A stretch of 64,000 nt of DNA, from the NCBI GenBank assembly GCA_003208875.1, contig QCUR01000001.1, positions 320,001 through 384,000 of the forward strand, in the 5' to 3' direction. Below are positions 1-9,925 of the stretch, one piece after another. Origin of the DNA: Prochlorococcus sp. AG-679-M23 (GTDB lineage: Bacteria > Cyanobacteriota > Cyanobacteriia > PCC-6307 > Cyanobiaceae). The notes beneath the pieces are model-generated. The model did no database searches and was not told the DNA's origin. It worked only from the letters and a program-made list of their open reading frames with translations. The translations under genes were made by a program, and so were the position numbers. Each line of letters begins with the position of its first letter. Position 1 is the first letter of the stretch.

Positions 1-225
<225 letters not shown>

Positions 226-287
226 AAATAAACTTAATTTATTGTCTTTAATTTATATTTTCTATGCAGTTCTCAAGGTTCACACTA

Positions 288-404
288 TCCTGGTGTTCAT
301 GGCGATGTGGAACCACTCCGATCCATCTCGAACTCGGTTGTGAAACGCATCAGCGGCGAAAATATTTAGGGGGTAGCCCCTTGAGAAAATAGCTCAATGC
401 CAGG
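288..404 (+). rRNA. rrf: 5S rRNA
   Basis: TCCTGG...CCAGG terminal helix and CGAAC loop, immediately after 23S. Confidence 0.96.
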
Positions 405-415
405 TAAAATATTTT

Positions 416-450
416 AAAGGGTTTACTTTTATTAAAGTAAACCCTTTTTT
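416..450. terminator. Bidirectional intrinsic terminator between rrn and mutM
   Basis: AAAGGGTTTACTTT-TATT-AAAGTAAACCCTTT inverted repeat with T-run. Confidence 0.85.
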
Positions 451-1327
451 ACTTCTGACATTTACGGCACCAATGTGTACTTCTTCCTGAAATCTTTTTT
501 CTTTCAATTAAATTTTTGCATTGACGACATTTTTTACCAGTTCTTCTATAAACATTAGTTTGTAATCCAAAATTGCCATTTTCACCTTCTAAGTCTCTAA
601 AGTCACTAAAGGTTGTCCCCCCTGCACCAATACTTTTTTTTAAAACTTCGACGATAGCTCTAATAAGTCTTTTTATTTCATTTTTTTTAATTGTTCTAGC
701 CTCTCTAAAAGGCGATATGCCTGCAGAGTATAGACTCTCATCTGCATATATATTCCCTATCCCAGCAATTATTGTTTGATCTAATAAGATAGATTTTATG
801 GATCTTGATTTGTTTGAAATTATATTTTTTAGATAATTGACATTAAAATTTTCAGAAAAGGGCTCAGGTCCCAATGTTCCTAATCCCTTAATAATATTAT
901 TAGGCGATAATCCGTCTCTAACCCACCACATTTGACCAAAACTCCTTACATCAATATATCTAAGTTCATTATTATCGTTATCAAACAGCCTTATTCTGGT
1001 ATGTTTACAAGGATCAGTAAGAGTATTATTAAAAGTGAAATAACCAGTCATCCTTAAATGAACGATTAGAACACCATTTTCTACAAATGATAATTCATTT
1101 GCATCATTATTATTACTAATAGTTTTCTTTAATTCCGCGATTAAATATTTTCCTCTTCTATCCCATTTATATATAAGTGAGTTTAGAAGACCTTCAATAA
1201 AGTCTCTTTTATCGATCGGATACGCAACAGTTGACTCTCTACAGATTTCAACTCTTTTGATAATAAAATTCTTGAGTTTTTGTTCTAAACCTCTTCTAAC
1301 CGTCTCAACTTCTGGTAACTCAGGCAA
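449..1327 (-). CDS. mutM: Formamidopyrimidine-DNA glycosylase
   Basis: N-terminal [23 protein letters not shown]-terminal C4 zinc finger. Confidence 0.98.
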   Translation of the reverse strand: MPELPEVETVRRGLEQKLKNFIIKRVEICRESTVAYPIDKRDFIEGLLNSLIYKWDRRGKYLIAELKKTISNNNDANELSFVENGVLIVHLRMTGYFTFNNTLTDPCKHTRIRLFDNDNNELRYIDVRSFGQMWWVRDGLSPNNIIKGLGTLGPEPFSENFNVNYLKNIISNKSRSIKSILLDQTIIAGIGNIYADESLYSAGISPFREARTIKKNEIKRLIRAIVEVLKKSIGAGGTTFSDFRDLEGENGNFGLQTNVYRRTGKKCRQCKNLIERKKISGRSTHWCRKCQK

Positions 1328-1331
1328 GTTT

Positions 1332-1541
1332 CTAGGTTTTCTCTAATTCACTTTCTGCAAAATTATTAGTATTTGCTCCTCCTTCAGTTCCACTTATTCC
1401 CCCATAATTCACTTTTTCAAATCTCACTACACAGTTATACTTGATTCCAGTTGTATCGACTGAAGCAACTTTGCCAATTTCGTTGTACCAGTATGACTCT
1501 GGTCTTTTAATTCTTACAAGATCTCCTCTTGAAATTGCCAT
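1332..1541 (-). CDS. psaE: Photosystem I subunit IV
   Basis: [19 protein letters not shown]...VRFEKVNY...TNNFA. Confidence 0.98.
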   Translation of the reverse strand: MAISRGDLVRIKRPESYWYNEIGKVASVDTTGIKYNCVVRFEKVNYGGISGTEGGANTNNFAESELEKT

Positions 1542-1621
1542 TAATTTAAATTTAACTAGTAAAACAATACCTCAAAAGGGATATCTAACCAAAAACTATT
1601 CACAGATATTAATCAAATTAA

Positions 1622-2383
1622 TTAACAGAAATCATTTATAAGATCTTTTTCAAATTTTTCTTTAGCCGGAATCCAACCCCTCCATTTTCTTCCAGGAATT
1701 CTTACATCTAAATCTTTTGTTGAACACTTTACAGAGATAATAACTTTTTTGTTATTTTGATTTAGGGCGTTTAGAAATTTTCTACCACTTCCTTCTTCTA
1801 ATTCGGTTTGTTGAATTGTTAAAGGACCATATTTTTTACTCTCTTTACTTATAAATTGATTAATGTTTTCTTCTTTAAGTGAAGTATTAACTTCTTGATT
1901 ATTGATATTCTTTTCACTTAAAAATAATTTCGAACCAACTTCTAATGAATCTGGATTCTTGAGATTATTAATTTTAATAAGTTCTTTAAAGTTTAAACCA
2001 TATTTAGTAGAAATTTCTGTAAGACTCTCCCCTTTTTGGACGAGATGATAGCTATTATTTATATCCTTATTAGGTTTATTTTCTTGACTAGAATCATAAA
2101 TTTTTAGATTTTGTCCTACATATATATAATTTTCATCTTTTAAATTATTTAATTTAATAATGAAATCTTTTTTTATTGAATAAAGATTTGAGATACTTGT
2201 AATCGTATCGCCCACTTGAACTATATGAGTTTTTTTAAAGTCTGATATTTCATTATTAGATGATTCTACCTTCGTAGTATTTTCAATTTGATTATTTGAT
2301 GAATCAATAATTTCTTCAGCCTTTATAAAATTAGTATTGAAAAAATTAATAATGAAGGCAAATAAAATAAACGTTAATTTCAT
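1622..2383 (-). CDS. Secreted LysM-domain protein (two LysM)
   Basis: Signal peptide; HIVQVGDTITSIS and HLVQKGESLTEIS repeats. Confidence 0.9.
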   Translation of the reverse strand: MKLTFILFAFIINFFNTNFIKAEEIIDSSNNQIENTTKVESSNNEISDFKKTHIVQVGDTITSISNLYSIKKDFIIKLNNLKDENYIYVGQNLKIYDSSQENKPNKDINNSYHLVQKGESLTEISTKYGLNFKELIKINNLKNPDSLEVGSKLFLSEKNINNQEVNTSLKEENINQFISKESKKYGPLTIQQTELEEGSGRKFLNALNQNNKKVIISVKCSTKDLDVRIPGRKWRGWIPAKEKFEKDLINDFC

Positions 2384-2455
2384 TAATTTATCTATTTTCT
2401 TAAAGATAATCTCTGTATTTAAAATCGCTAGACTTTTGAAACCAAACTAATTAAT

Positions 2456-3847
2456 TTAAATCTTAAAAATAAATTTTATAATTTTCATTACTTTGTCATA
2501 AGGTGGGTATCTCAAATTCAAATCAAATAAAAAGCCTTTGTAAGTTATGGATTTTTGATTTGAAAAGTTCTTAAATCCTTCTTCTCCATGAAATTTACCC
2601 ATTCCACTTTTTCCAACCCCTCCAAATGGTAAATTTGGAATAAGTACAGGCAACATAACATCGTTAATACAAACGGTGCCAGAGCTTGTAACTTTAGAAA
2701 TATGATCATGGATTTTTTTGTTTCCTCCAAAAATATATATTGCTAAGGGCTTTGAAGCTTGATTAATTTTTTTTAATGCTGAATCTTTATTGTCAATCCC
2801 AATAACTGGAAGAAGGGAGCTAAATAATTCTTTTTGAATAATATTTTTATCTTGTAATTTTACTTTTAAAATTGTGGGTGATATCTTCATTCTTTTTTTA
2901 CTACAAGTTCCTCCAAACAAAATACGTTTCTCCTTTTTATATCTTTTGAGAAGTTCTGAAGTCATGGAAAATTGGTTTTTTTGCAATTTGGATAAGTTTT
3001 TTGAGATTATTGGATCTTCTCCATAAAAAATATTTATAAATTTTTTTAACTCTTCAACTAATTGATTTTCAATTTCTTTCTCTACAAATATATGATTAGG
3101 CGCCATACATGATTGGCCTGAATTGAAAAATTTGCCCCATACAATTCTTTTTGCTGCAATTTCTAAATTTGCATTTTTGAAAATAATTACTGGATTTGTT
3201 CCACTAAGTTCCAAAGTTAATGGAGTTAAGTTTGTTGAAGCTGATTTCATAATAGATTTTCCCGTTTCAGTACTTCCTGTAAAAAAAATATGATCGAAAT
3301 TTTGTTCTACCAGTTTTATTGACTCTTTATAGTCTCCCTCAATCGTTAACAAAATATCTTTTTGGAAATATTTATCAGTTAATTTTTTGATTAGTTTAGA
3401 TGTAGAAGAACATTTTTCTGATGGTTTTATTACAGCAGTATTTCCCGAAGAAAAAATATTTACGAGGGGCTTTAAGAGATACAATAAAGGATAATTATAT
3501 GGCCCTAAAATCAGAACACAACCTAGTGGTTCGTAGATTACTTTTGAGAATGATGGGAAAAGATATATTGGCGTTTTTACCTTTTTTGGTCGCATCCATA
3601 ATCTAAGATTCTTCTTTATTAAGGAAATTTCTTCTTTAATTAAGAGTATTTCTGAAAGAGCTTCAAGTTCTGATTTACCTAGATCAAGGAAAAGAGCTTT
3701 GATTATTTCTTTTTTATTCTCATCTAAAAGTTGAGAAATCTTGCTAATCTGCTGGATCCTCCAACTTATACTCTCTGTTTGACCAGTAATTACTTTATTT
3801 TTTAATTTCTCAATATTTGATTTATACGATTTATCTAAAATATTCAT
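2456..3847 (-). CDS. NAD(P)-dependent aldehyde dehydrogenase
   Basis: PYNYP, KPSE, FTGS, LELSG, GQSC, PFGGVGKSG motifs. Confidence 0.95.
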   Translation of the reverse strand: MNILDKSYKSNIEKLKNKVITGQTESISWRIQQISKISQLLDENKKEIIKALFLDLGKSELEALSEILLIKEEISLIKKNLRLWMRPKKVKTPIYLFPSFSKVIYEPLGCVLILGPYNYPLLYLLKPLVNIFSSGNTAVIKPSEKCSSTSKLIKKLTDKYFQKDILLTIEGDYKESIKLVEQNFDHIFFTGSTETGKSIMKSASTNLTPLTLELSGTNPVIIFKNANLEIAAKRIVWGKFFNSGQSCMAPNHIFVEKEIENQLVEELKKFINIFYGEDPIISKNLSKLQKNQFSMTSELLKRYKKEKRILFGGTCSKKRMKISPTILKVKLQDKNIIQKELFSSLLPVIGIDNKDSALKKINQASKPLAIYIFGGNKKIHDHISKVTSSGTVCINDVMLPVLIPNLPFGGVGKSGMGKFHGEEGFKNFSNQKSITYKGFLFDLNLRYPPYDKVMKIIKFIFKI

Positions 3848-3966
3848 CTAGAAAATTTTTTATATGATAGTTAATATATCAGATTAATAATATTAAATAT
3901 CGATAAATTATTTAAACAAATAAGGCCTTATTATTTTTATAAATAATATCAATATTAAATCATATT

Positions 3967-4548
3967 TTGAAAATAATAAGAAAAGAAGCACAATTTATTA
4001 TTCCTTCTTTTTTATGTTTTTTATTATTTATATTTATAAATTTTAAGCGCTTTTTCTTGGTTTCAGACCTTTCCTATTGGTCGAGTTATCTTATTAATCA
4101 ACCTTATAGGATATTAAGCTATAGTTTTGTTCATAAAGATTTTAATCATTTATTATCTAATTTATTTGGAATAATTGTAGTTAGATATTGTTTTATAAAT
4201 TTGAACTTAAAGAATATTTTTCTTTTCCTTTATCTAATTATTTTATTAATACCAATTCAGACTTTTTTTTTATTTATACTAGATAATTTTATATTTTATA
4301 ATCCTAATCATTTGTTGGTTGGTTTTAGTGGAATTATATTTGGTACATTTTCCTTTATATTGCTTTCCTCTCTTTATGGTAAAGAATATATTTTAAATAT
4401 TTTTATTGGCTTGAAAAAGAACAGTGAAATTTATAAATTAATGACCGTTTTTTTGTCTTTGGGGATTGTTTATTCTTTTTTACCAAGCATAAGCTTATCT
4501 GGACATATCGCAGGAATATTGAGTGGCTTTATTATTTTTATTCTTTGA
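3967..4548 (+). CDS. Rhomboid-family intramembrane serine protease
   Basis: H-x4-HLLSN, GFSG, GHIAG motifs; multiple TM helices. Confidence 0.88.
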   Translation: MKIIRKEAQFIIPSFLCFLLFIFINFKRFFLVSDLSYWSSYLINQPYRILSYSFVHKDFNHLLSNLFGIIVVRYCFINLNLKNIFLFLYLIILLIPIQTFFLFILDNFIFYNPNHLLVGFSGIIFGTFSFILLSSLYGKEYILNIFIGLKKNSEIYKLMTVFLSLGIVYSFLPSISLSGHIAGILSGFIIFIL

Positions 4549-4635
4549 AGCGAGAATATATTTTTCCTTAGTAATGATTAAATTAACTACATCTAAATCT
4601 TAAACATCTTATTTAATTTAGTTAATATATTATTA

Positions 4636-5526
4636 ATGAATAAAAATTTTTCAATCAGACTAATATCTAATAATGAGATCCAGAAAGTTACTGATTGGGC
4701 TAGGTTAGAGGGATTTGCTCCTGGATTTGATGACATCTCAATTTATAAAAATACCGATAAAAAAGGGATATGGGTTGGATGTCTTGATGACGATCCTATA
4801 GGTTCTATAGCTTGTGTTAAATATAATTCTTCTTATGGATTTATAGGATTATTCATCGTAAAAAAAGAATTCCGAAATATGGGTTATGGAGTGAGATTAT
4901 GGAAACATGCATTAGATTATTTGAAAAATGTTGGTTGTATTGGTTTAGAAGCAGCTCCAAACAGATTAGATGATTATCAAAGGTGGGGTTTTAAAAAATC
5001 TTCCATAACAAATAGATGGAAATTAGAAGGCATTCAAGATTTACCAAATGGGAATTTTTATAAAGATGATAATAATACTTTTAGTGTTGTTCCAGGTAAC
5101 CAAATTCCCCCTGAAGCTGTTTTAATATACGATTCGCAACGAGAACCTAGTCCTAGGCCTCACTTCTTGAACGATTGGCTGAAGAATTCTTTTGGAAATG
5201 TTAGTGCGCTTGTTGATAATAATGGCATGTGCCATGGCTTTGGGAGGATAAGACCTTGTATGCTTCAAGATAATAATAAAGGTTGGCGAATTGGCCCTCT
5301 TTTGGCTGATACTCCTCCTTTGGCAGAATTGCTTATTAGAAAATTAGTTAGGAATCTAGAAGCTCAAATCTTCTTGGACTGTTCGAATCTCAATCCTTAT
5401 GCAAATTATCTTTTATCTAGTATGGGTTTTAAAGAAATTTCACAAACTTATAGAATGTATAAAGGAATTCAACCTTCATGCCCAATGAATCAGGTATACG
5501 GGCTTGCTTGTTTAGAGTTGGGCTAG
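4636..5526 (+). CDS. GNAT-family N-acetyltransferase (YitH-like)
   Basis: FIVKKEFRNMGYG acetyl-CoA motif; RIGPLLAD; YGLACLELG terminus. Confidence 0.88.
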   Translation: MNKNFSIRLISNNEIQKVTDWARLEGFAPGFDDISIYKNTDKKGIWVGCLDDDPIGSIACVKYNSSYGFIGLFIVKKEFRNMGYGVRLWKHALDYLKNVGCIGLEAAPNRLDDYQRWGFKKSSITNRWKLEGIQDLPNGNFYKDDNNTFSVVPGNQIPPEAVLIYDSQREPSPRPHFLNDWLKNSFGNVSALVDNNGMCHGFGRIRPCMLQDNNKGWRIGPLLADTPPLAELLIRKLVRNLEAQIFLDCSNLNPYANYLLSSMGFKEISQTYRMYKGIQPSCPMNQVYGLACLELG

Positions 5527-5621
5527 TCATTTTTCTAATACGGAATATTTTTTCTTACTTCTATTTATCTTTCATAACTAGAAACTTTATAGAGTTATTG
5601 CTTTATTAGATTTTGAGAAGG

Positions 5622-5876
5622 TTAATTTTCAGCTGTTTTTAATATCCTTTCTACAGTATCTGCATTGATTATTATGATCTCTCCATTATCAATGTCTGCC
5701 ACTTGAAACAACGTCCATGAATTTGGATTTCTTGCTCCTCCTATACAGTTAATAACTTGCCCAATCCAATATTTATGACGATCGTTTTGTGTATTTCCTG
5801 GAGGCTTTTCATTTTTAATTACTACATGATCTCCAGGCTTAACGAAAAGAAATTCATAAGTTTCCGAAGAGGCCAT
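5622..5876 (-). CDS. DUF3104-like picocyanobacterial protein
   Basis: FLFVKPGD...WIGQVI..GGARNP...LFQVADIDNG. Confidence 0.75.
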   Translation of the reverse strand: MASSETYEFLFVKPGDHVVIKNEKPPGNTQNDRHKYWIGQVINCIGGARNPNSWTLFQVADIDNGEIIIINADTVERILKTAEN

Positions 5877-5892
5877 AGTGTACTATTCTTAA

Positions 5893-5908
5893 TAGTACAA
5901 ATATACTA
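5893..5908. promoter_or_regulatory. Putative cyanobacterial LexA box
   Basis: TAGTACAAATATACTA, one mismatch to AGTAC-WNW-TGTACT, just upstream of the 5876 start. Confidence 0.6.
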
Positions 5909-6090
5909 TAAAGTCTGTATTTTTGGTTTTACTTTATGAGTAGTATTTATTCTCCTAATCATGTAAAAATATAATTTATAAATAAAAAAGTCAAACTATT
6001 TAAATTAGAAATAATTACGAAACTATTCAAATTTTTAAATGACTTTGAGATTAAAAAATATAACTAAAAAGAATTAAAGTATCTGATCTT

Positions 6091-6225
6091 TTAAATTAAA
6101 ATAGATTTAAGTTGATCAAGGATATCAGTACGACTAGATACTAATTTTGTAAATAATAAATAAACTAACCCACCCATAGCAATTCTTCCATTTAATTTTT
6201 CTAACTGTTTGAGTTTCTTAAACAA
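6091..6225 (-). CDS. hli-like (high-light-inducible protein) ORF, possibly degenerate
   Basis: Manual translation (TTG start) LFKKLKQLEKLNGRIAMGGLVYLLFTKLVSSRTDILDQLKSILI; ExxNGRxAMxG motif. Confidence 0.6.
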   Translation of the reverse strand: MFKKLKQLEKLNGRIAMGGLVYLLFTKLVSSRTDILDQLKSILI

Positions 6226-6359
6226 TTTTTTTTTTATTCTTTTTAAAATTTAATCGCTTATATTAAAAAAAAAGTAGCGGTTGTTTCTAAAAATTATTTT
6301 ATTTGACCAACCTAGGTATATTAGTTTTCGTTAAAAATTTATTTCAATAGTGGAGGAGA

Positions 6360-6497
6360 TTAAAGCCACCCTTCTTTCATTTTTAAATAAAGTTGTTCTG
6401 TTTCCGCAGAATAAATATTACTGTCTTGATATGATTGCTGCTGCTGCTGTTGTTGTTGCTGAGTAGAATCAATTTCTTGAGTTTTTACTTCGCTCAT
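6360..6497 (-). CDS. 45-aa acidic microprotein with Q9 tract
   Basis: Manual translation MSEVKTQEIDSTQQQQQQQQQSYQDSNIYSAETEQLYLKMKEGWL. Confidence 0.55.
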   Translation of the reverse strand: MSEVKTQEIDSTQQQQQQQQQSYQDSNIYSAETEQLYLKMKEGWL

Positions 6498-6620
6498 TTG
6501 ACCATTAAAAATTAGATGTGTTTATTCTCTCATATTTAAAGCTTTTTTTGTTTGTTTGAATTCTTAAATTTTATTTAAATTTATTTTAATCTAATGTGTT
6601 GCCTTTTATTCGCAGAGAAA

Positions 6621-6722
6621 TCATTTGACAGCAGTAGTTTTGGAGTATAGAAATTGAACCTCCCAATATACTATTCCAAGAAAAATTGCACTGGCAAGAA
6701 GAATTTCAGAAATTGTAAGCAT
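6621..6722 (-). CDS. 33-aa single-TM microprotein
   Basis: MLTISEILLASAIFLGIVYWEVQFLYSKTTAVK. Confidence 0.55.
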   Translation of the reverse strand: MLTISEILLASAIFLGIVYWEVQFLYSKTTAVK

Positions 6723-6867
6723 GGCTTTGTCGTTAGTATTTTAATTTTCGTATCAACTGACACAGAAATCAATAGGTACTATATACATAAAAATTTTTAT
6801 ATAAATCTTAAGTGGTTAAATTAGGTCTTTGAATATTATAAAATTAAAATATATTTAAAATTCTTTC

Positions 6868-7302
6868 GTGGAAAATTCCATAAACATTTCTATCTTGATC
6901 CCCTTGATACCAATGGGTATGGCTTTACTTATATTAAGTCTGCTAGTAAGTTTCAATAGAACAATAAATAGACTTACTAAGCCAGTTAGCGCTCTTGCAG
7001 TCTTTTCTTTATTAAGTTCTGCTCTGATAAGTGCATTCTTATATTTTAAAAAAATTGAAGGCGAAGTATTTTTATCTGATTATCTAAAGTTCTTTGGAAG
7101 TACAAATTTAATACTCCACCTGAATTCTTTAACTGAAAAAATCGTAATATTTTTTGCCGTAATAATCGCAATTGTAATTGGAGTGCTCTTTTATAGATTG
7201 CCTAGGCGAAAAGGCTATGTCTCATTGATAATCGGAATTAGCTTGATTTCTTCCTCGATAATGTTTGCAGTATTTTTTCTTAATTTTTCAGTCTTAATTT
7301 AG
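6868..7302 (+). CDS. Membrane protein resembling NdhF/NuoL N-terminus
   Basis: LIPLIP...LLVSFNRTINRLTKPVS resembles the NdhF N-terminus; only 144 aa. Confidence 0.65.
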   Translation: MENSINISILIPLIPMGMALLILSLLVSFNRTINRLTKPVSALAVFSLLSSALISAFLYFKKIEGEVFLSDYLKFFGSTNLILHLNSLTEKIVIFFAVIIAIVIGVLFYRLPRRKGYVSLIIGISLISSSIMFAVFFLNFSVLI

Positions 7303-7808
7303 GATTGAGTTATCATCGCTAAGGCTTCATTAAGTTCTTCAACGTGATTAAGTTCGTCTTGCGCAATTTCTTTTATCTTTTGATCTTCAGGGTGATCTAT
7401 TAGGTACTTTGTATAGGTATTAAATGCATGCTCTTCAATTTTGATATTTACGTCATAAGCATTTCTTGGAGAACAGAAATAATAAAAAACCATGATCCAG
7501 TAATAGACAAGTACAAGGTGCCTTGCTAAAAACCTGTCAATCCAAAACTTATCTCCTCCTCTTTTCTCCATTTCTTTTAGATGCTCCGTCTCATTAATGG
7601 CTTGGTAAAAATGTTCTTTCATCAAAAACATTGTGATGTCATTTTTTAATCCAAGTGATTCTTTGAAATGAAGAACAGAAAGAAAAGCAAAATAAGGAGA
7701 CCTTGCAATAACTTCTAATACCCAAAATCTCTGCAAATGCCTATCTGAATAAACAAAATCAAGGATCTTAACCGTATTGTTTAGAATAAATGAATTCAAA
7801 TTTTTCAT
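7299..7808 (-). CDS. ptox: Plastoquinol terminal oxidase (alternative oxidase family)
   Basis: RFWVLEVIARSPYF, NETEHL, EEHA, DELNH diiron motifs. Confidence 0.93.
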   Translation of the reverse strand: MKNLNSFILNNTVKILDFVYSDRHLQRFWVLEVIARSPYFAFLSVLHFKESLGLKNDITMFLMKEHFYQAINETEHLKEMEKRGGDKFWIDRFLARHLVLVYYWIMVFYYFCSPRNAYDVNIKIEEHAFNTYTKYLIDHPEDQKIKEIAQDELNHVEELNEALAMITQS

Positions 7809-7963
7809 AAATACTTCAATCTCTATTAATAAGTATAATTACTTAAATACTAGGCGTTTAAACTTTTAACTAATAATTAATATTTTTAAAGTTTAAGCAA
7901 ATCAAAATTAAGTATTGAAAAAAAAATTTTTTAATGCATATTTTAAATAGCTAAATTTTTTAA

Positions 7964-8104
7964 ATGACTTCAACAGAAAAGATTGCCAATGCTAAAAAAA
8001 GAATTAATGAGTTAGAAAGACTAATTAAATATTGGGATAATTCAAATGCACAAAATATCAAGAAAATTGATTTTGAAGTTAATAATGAAAAGATAGCTGC
8101 TTAA
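7964..8104 (+). CDS. 46-aa hypothetical coiled-coil microprotein
   Basis: MTSTEKIANAKKRINELERLIKYWDN... Confidence 0.55.
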   Translation: MTSTEKIANAKKRINELERLIKYWDNSNAQNIKKIDFEVNNEKIAA

Positions 8105-8262
8105 TTTATTAGCTTGAAATAAACTACGCTAGTTTTCTTATATATTTAGTACATTACTTACGTGTTGAATATTCATATCATTCATTTTGATTGATTAGAG
8201 CAATTAAACCTATTTTCAAAATTCAAAATTACAAATAATCTAGTTAAATATTAGATTATTTT

Positions 8263-8376
8263 ATGAATACATTTACTAACAAATACTTGTTCCCTATAAA
8301 GTTACTCCCTTGGATTTTTTGGGGTTTCATATCAGTTTTGGCTATTTATTTATTCTCTAATGCATGGATAAGTTAG
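8263..8376 (+). CDS. 37-aa single-TM microprotein
   Basis: MNTFTNKYLFPIKLLPWIFWGFISVLAIYLFSNAWIS. Confidence 0.45.
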   Translation: MNTFTNKYLFPIKLLPWIFWGFISVLAIYLFSNAWIS

Positions 8377-8391
8377 AGATTTTATGATTTA

Positions 8392-8700
8392 CTAGCTCCT
8401 TTTAATCCAGTCAGGTGAACCTCCAAACCAGTCAGAAATGTCATCTTTATTTGGATTGAAATGATTCTCTCTTTCTAATCCATCAATTCCTAACGATTGA
8501 ATTAGTCCATTCATACTATCTTCGCTTTGTCTTCCATGTCTTCTGATACTATTTGCTTTTTTTAACCAAAGAGATATTGTCGAGCTGTGTTTTGCATATT
8601 TTTCAACGTATATTCTTTCTTTTAACGAAACTTCTTTATCTAAGGATATTCTTCTAACTATTTCCTGGATTTTTAATCTTTTTTGAGTACTTAAAAGCAT
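8392..8700 (-). CDS. Hypothetical protein
   Basis: 102-aa ORF with DWFGGSPDW C-terminus. Confidence 0.7.
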   Translation of the reverse strand: MLLSTQKRLKIQEIVRRISLDKEVSLKERIYVEKYAKHSSTISLWLKKANSIRRHGRQSEDSMNGLIQSLGIDGLERENHFNPNKDDISDWFGGSPDWIKRS

Positions 8701-8971
8701 TAGATAATTAATAACTTAATTTTTTTATAGGAGCTTTATGGCAAAATAACTTGTCAATATTAATTTCAAGAAATTTCTCTATCTAAAGGGGTTTTTAAGG
8801 GTATTGGTTATGAATTGCTTAAATTAAGGATTAATTTGTCTTTGATGATACCAAGAAATATATAAAAATCTTATGGGATAATTGAAAAAGATAAATAATT
8901 TTAATCTTATTTTATCAAATTAAAGACTTACAAGATTGATCAGTTGCATAATGGTAGTTTTGTACTATTAT

Positions 8972-8987
8972 TAGTACAGATGTATTA
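8972..8987. promoter_or_regulatory. Putative LexA box
   Basis: TAGTACAGATGTATTA, 6 bp before the 8994 start; second degenerate box at ~8953-8966. Confidence 0.6.
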
Positions 8988-8993
8988 CAAGAA

Positions 8994-9191
8994 ATGAAAA
9001 TTTTATCTTCTTCCCCCTACGCTACATTTAATCCAAAAGAGTGGAACTCATTTTCAAGAGCTAATTGTAGATTCTCTAGTACTCCAATAAAAATTAAAAA
9101 AAAGTTTTTTAGTAACTTTAAAAATGTAAAATCTACTAAAAATATACAAGAAAATAATAAGCTTCCAAAACAAATACAACTTGCCTTCTAG
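8994..9191 (+). CDS. Hypothetical protein
   Basis: 65-aa basic ORF ending QIQLAF. Confidence 0.55.
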   Translation: MKILSSSPYATFNPKEWNSFSRANCRFSSTPIKIKKKFFSNFKNVKSTKNIQENNKLPKQIQLAF

Positions 9192-9287
9192 TAATAAAAA
9201 ATTTCAACTAATATTCAGTTTTACGAAAAATATTTTAAGAATCCCTATTCTTTGTTAGATTAATAGAAATACAAAAAGGTTTTAAAT

Positions 9288-9587
9288 TTGTCTGTAGATC
9301 GCGAACTTTTGAAAGAAGTTACTCAAGAACTTTGGAATACGGTTAAAAAGCTAAGGCCAGAAATAGATAGGGAAACTCGCCTTCAACTAGTTTTAAAAGC
9401 TTTATTAACTATTGGGGATTTACCAGATCAACTACAAGCAGCAATGGTAGTAGGGGTTTGTGCCGAAATGGATAAAAGCGATATTGAAAATGCTGACGGT
9501 AATTCCAATACTAAAGAAGAGAGTAATTCTACTTCCGTTGATACTTCTACTGGAAGAAAAGTTTTTAGAAGAAGTTCTGCAAAATAA
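9288..9587 (+). CDS. Conserved picocyanobacterial hypothetical protein (TIGR03894-like)
   Basis: DRELLKEVTQELWNTVKKLRP...GRKVFRRS. Confidence 0.7.
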   Translation: MSVDRELLKEVTQELWNTVKKLRPEIDRETRLQLVLKALLTIGDLPDQLQAAMVVGVCAEMDKSDIENADGNSNTKEESNSTSVDTSTGRKVFRRSSAK

Positions 9588-9607
9588 AAGCTTCTTCTAA
9601 AAAGAAA

Positions 9608-9841
9608 TTAGCCTTTAACTTTTTTTGATTCGTTTTTAGAGATTTTTAGAAATAGAAAATATGAAATTACTAGTAAAAGTGGTACAAAGATAGAATGCAA
9701 AGTCATCATCAACTCTGTTTGACTCATTCCTATTAGATTTGAATCATTTGGTAGCTGCTCTGACCAAGTACCAGCTAAGTGCCAAGCCTGGGGAATAGAT
9801 AAGAAAAACATATAAAAACTATAAGTAAAAGTTATATTCAA
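9608..9841 (-). CDS. Hypothetical membrane protein
   Basis: PQAWHLAGTW followed by TM helix; true start may be the second Met. Confidence 0.6.
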   Translation of the reverse strand: MNITFTYSFYMFFLSIPQAWHLAGTWSEQLPNDSNLIGMSQTELMMTLHSIFVPLLLVISYFLFLKISKNESKKVKG

Positions 9842-9925
9842 ATAAAGAATATCATCCGTAAAAAAAATTACTTTTTTTCTTCTTATTTCTTAACTAAAGA
9901 TATTTTTCAGACTTTGTCGAATGCT

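Noticed and set aside
6750..6763. GTA-N8-CAC NtcA-like site
   Set aside because: Imperfect match, expected by chance without further support
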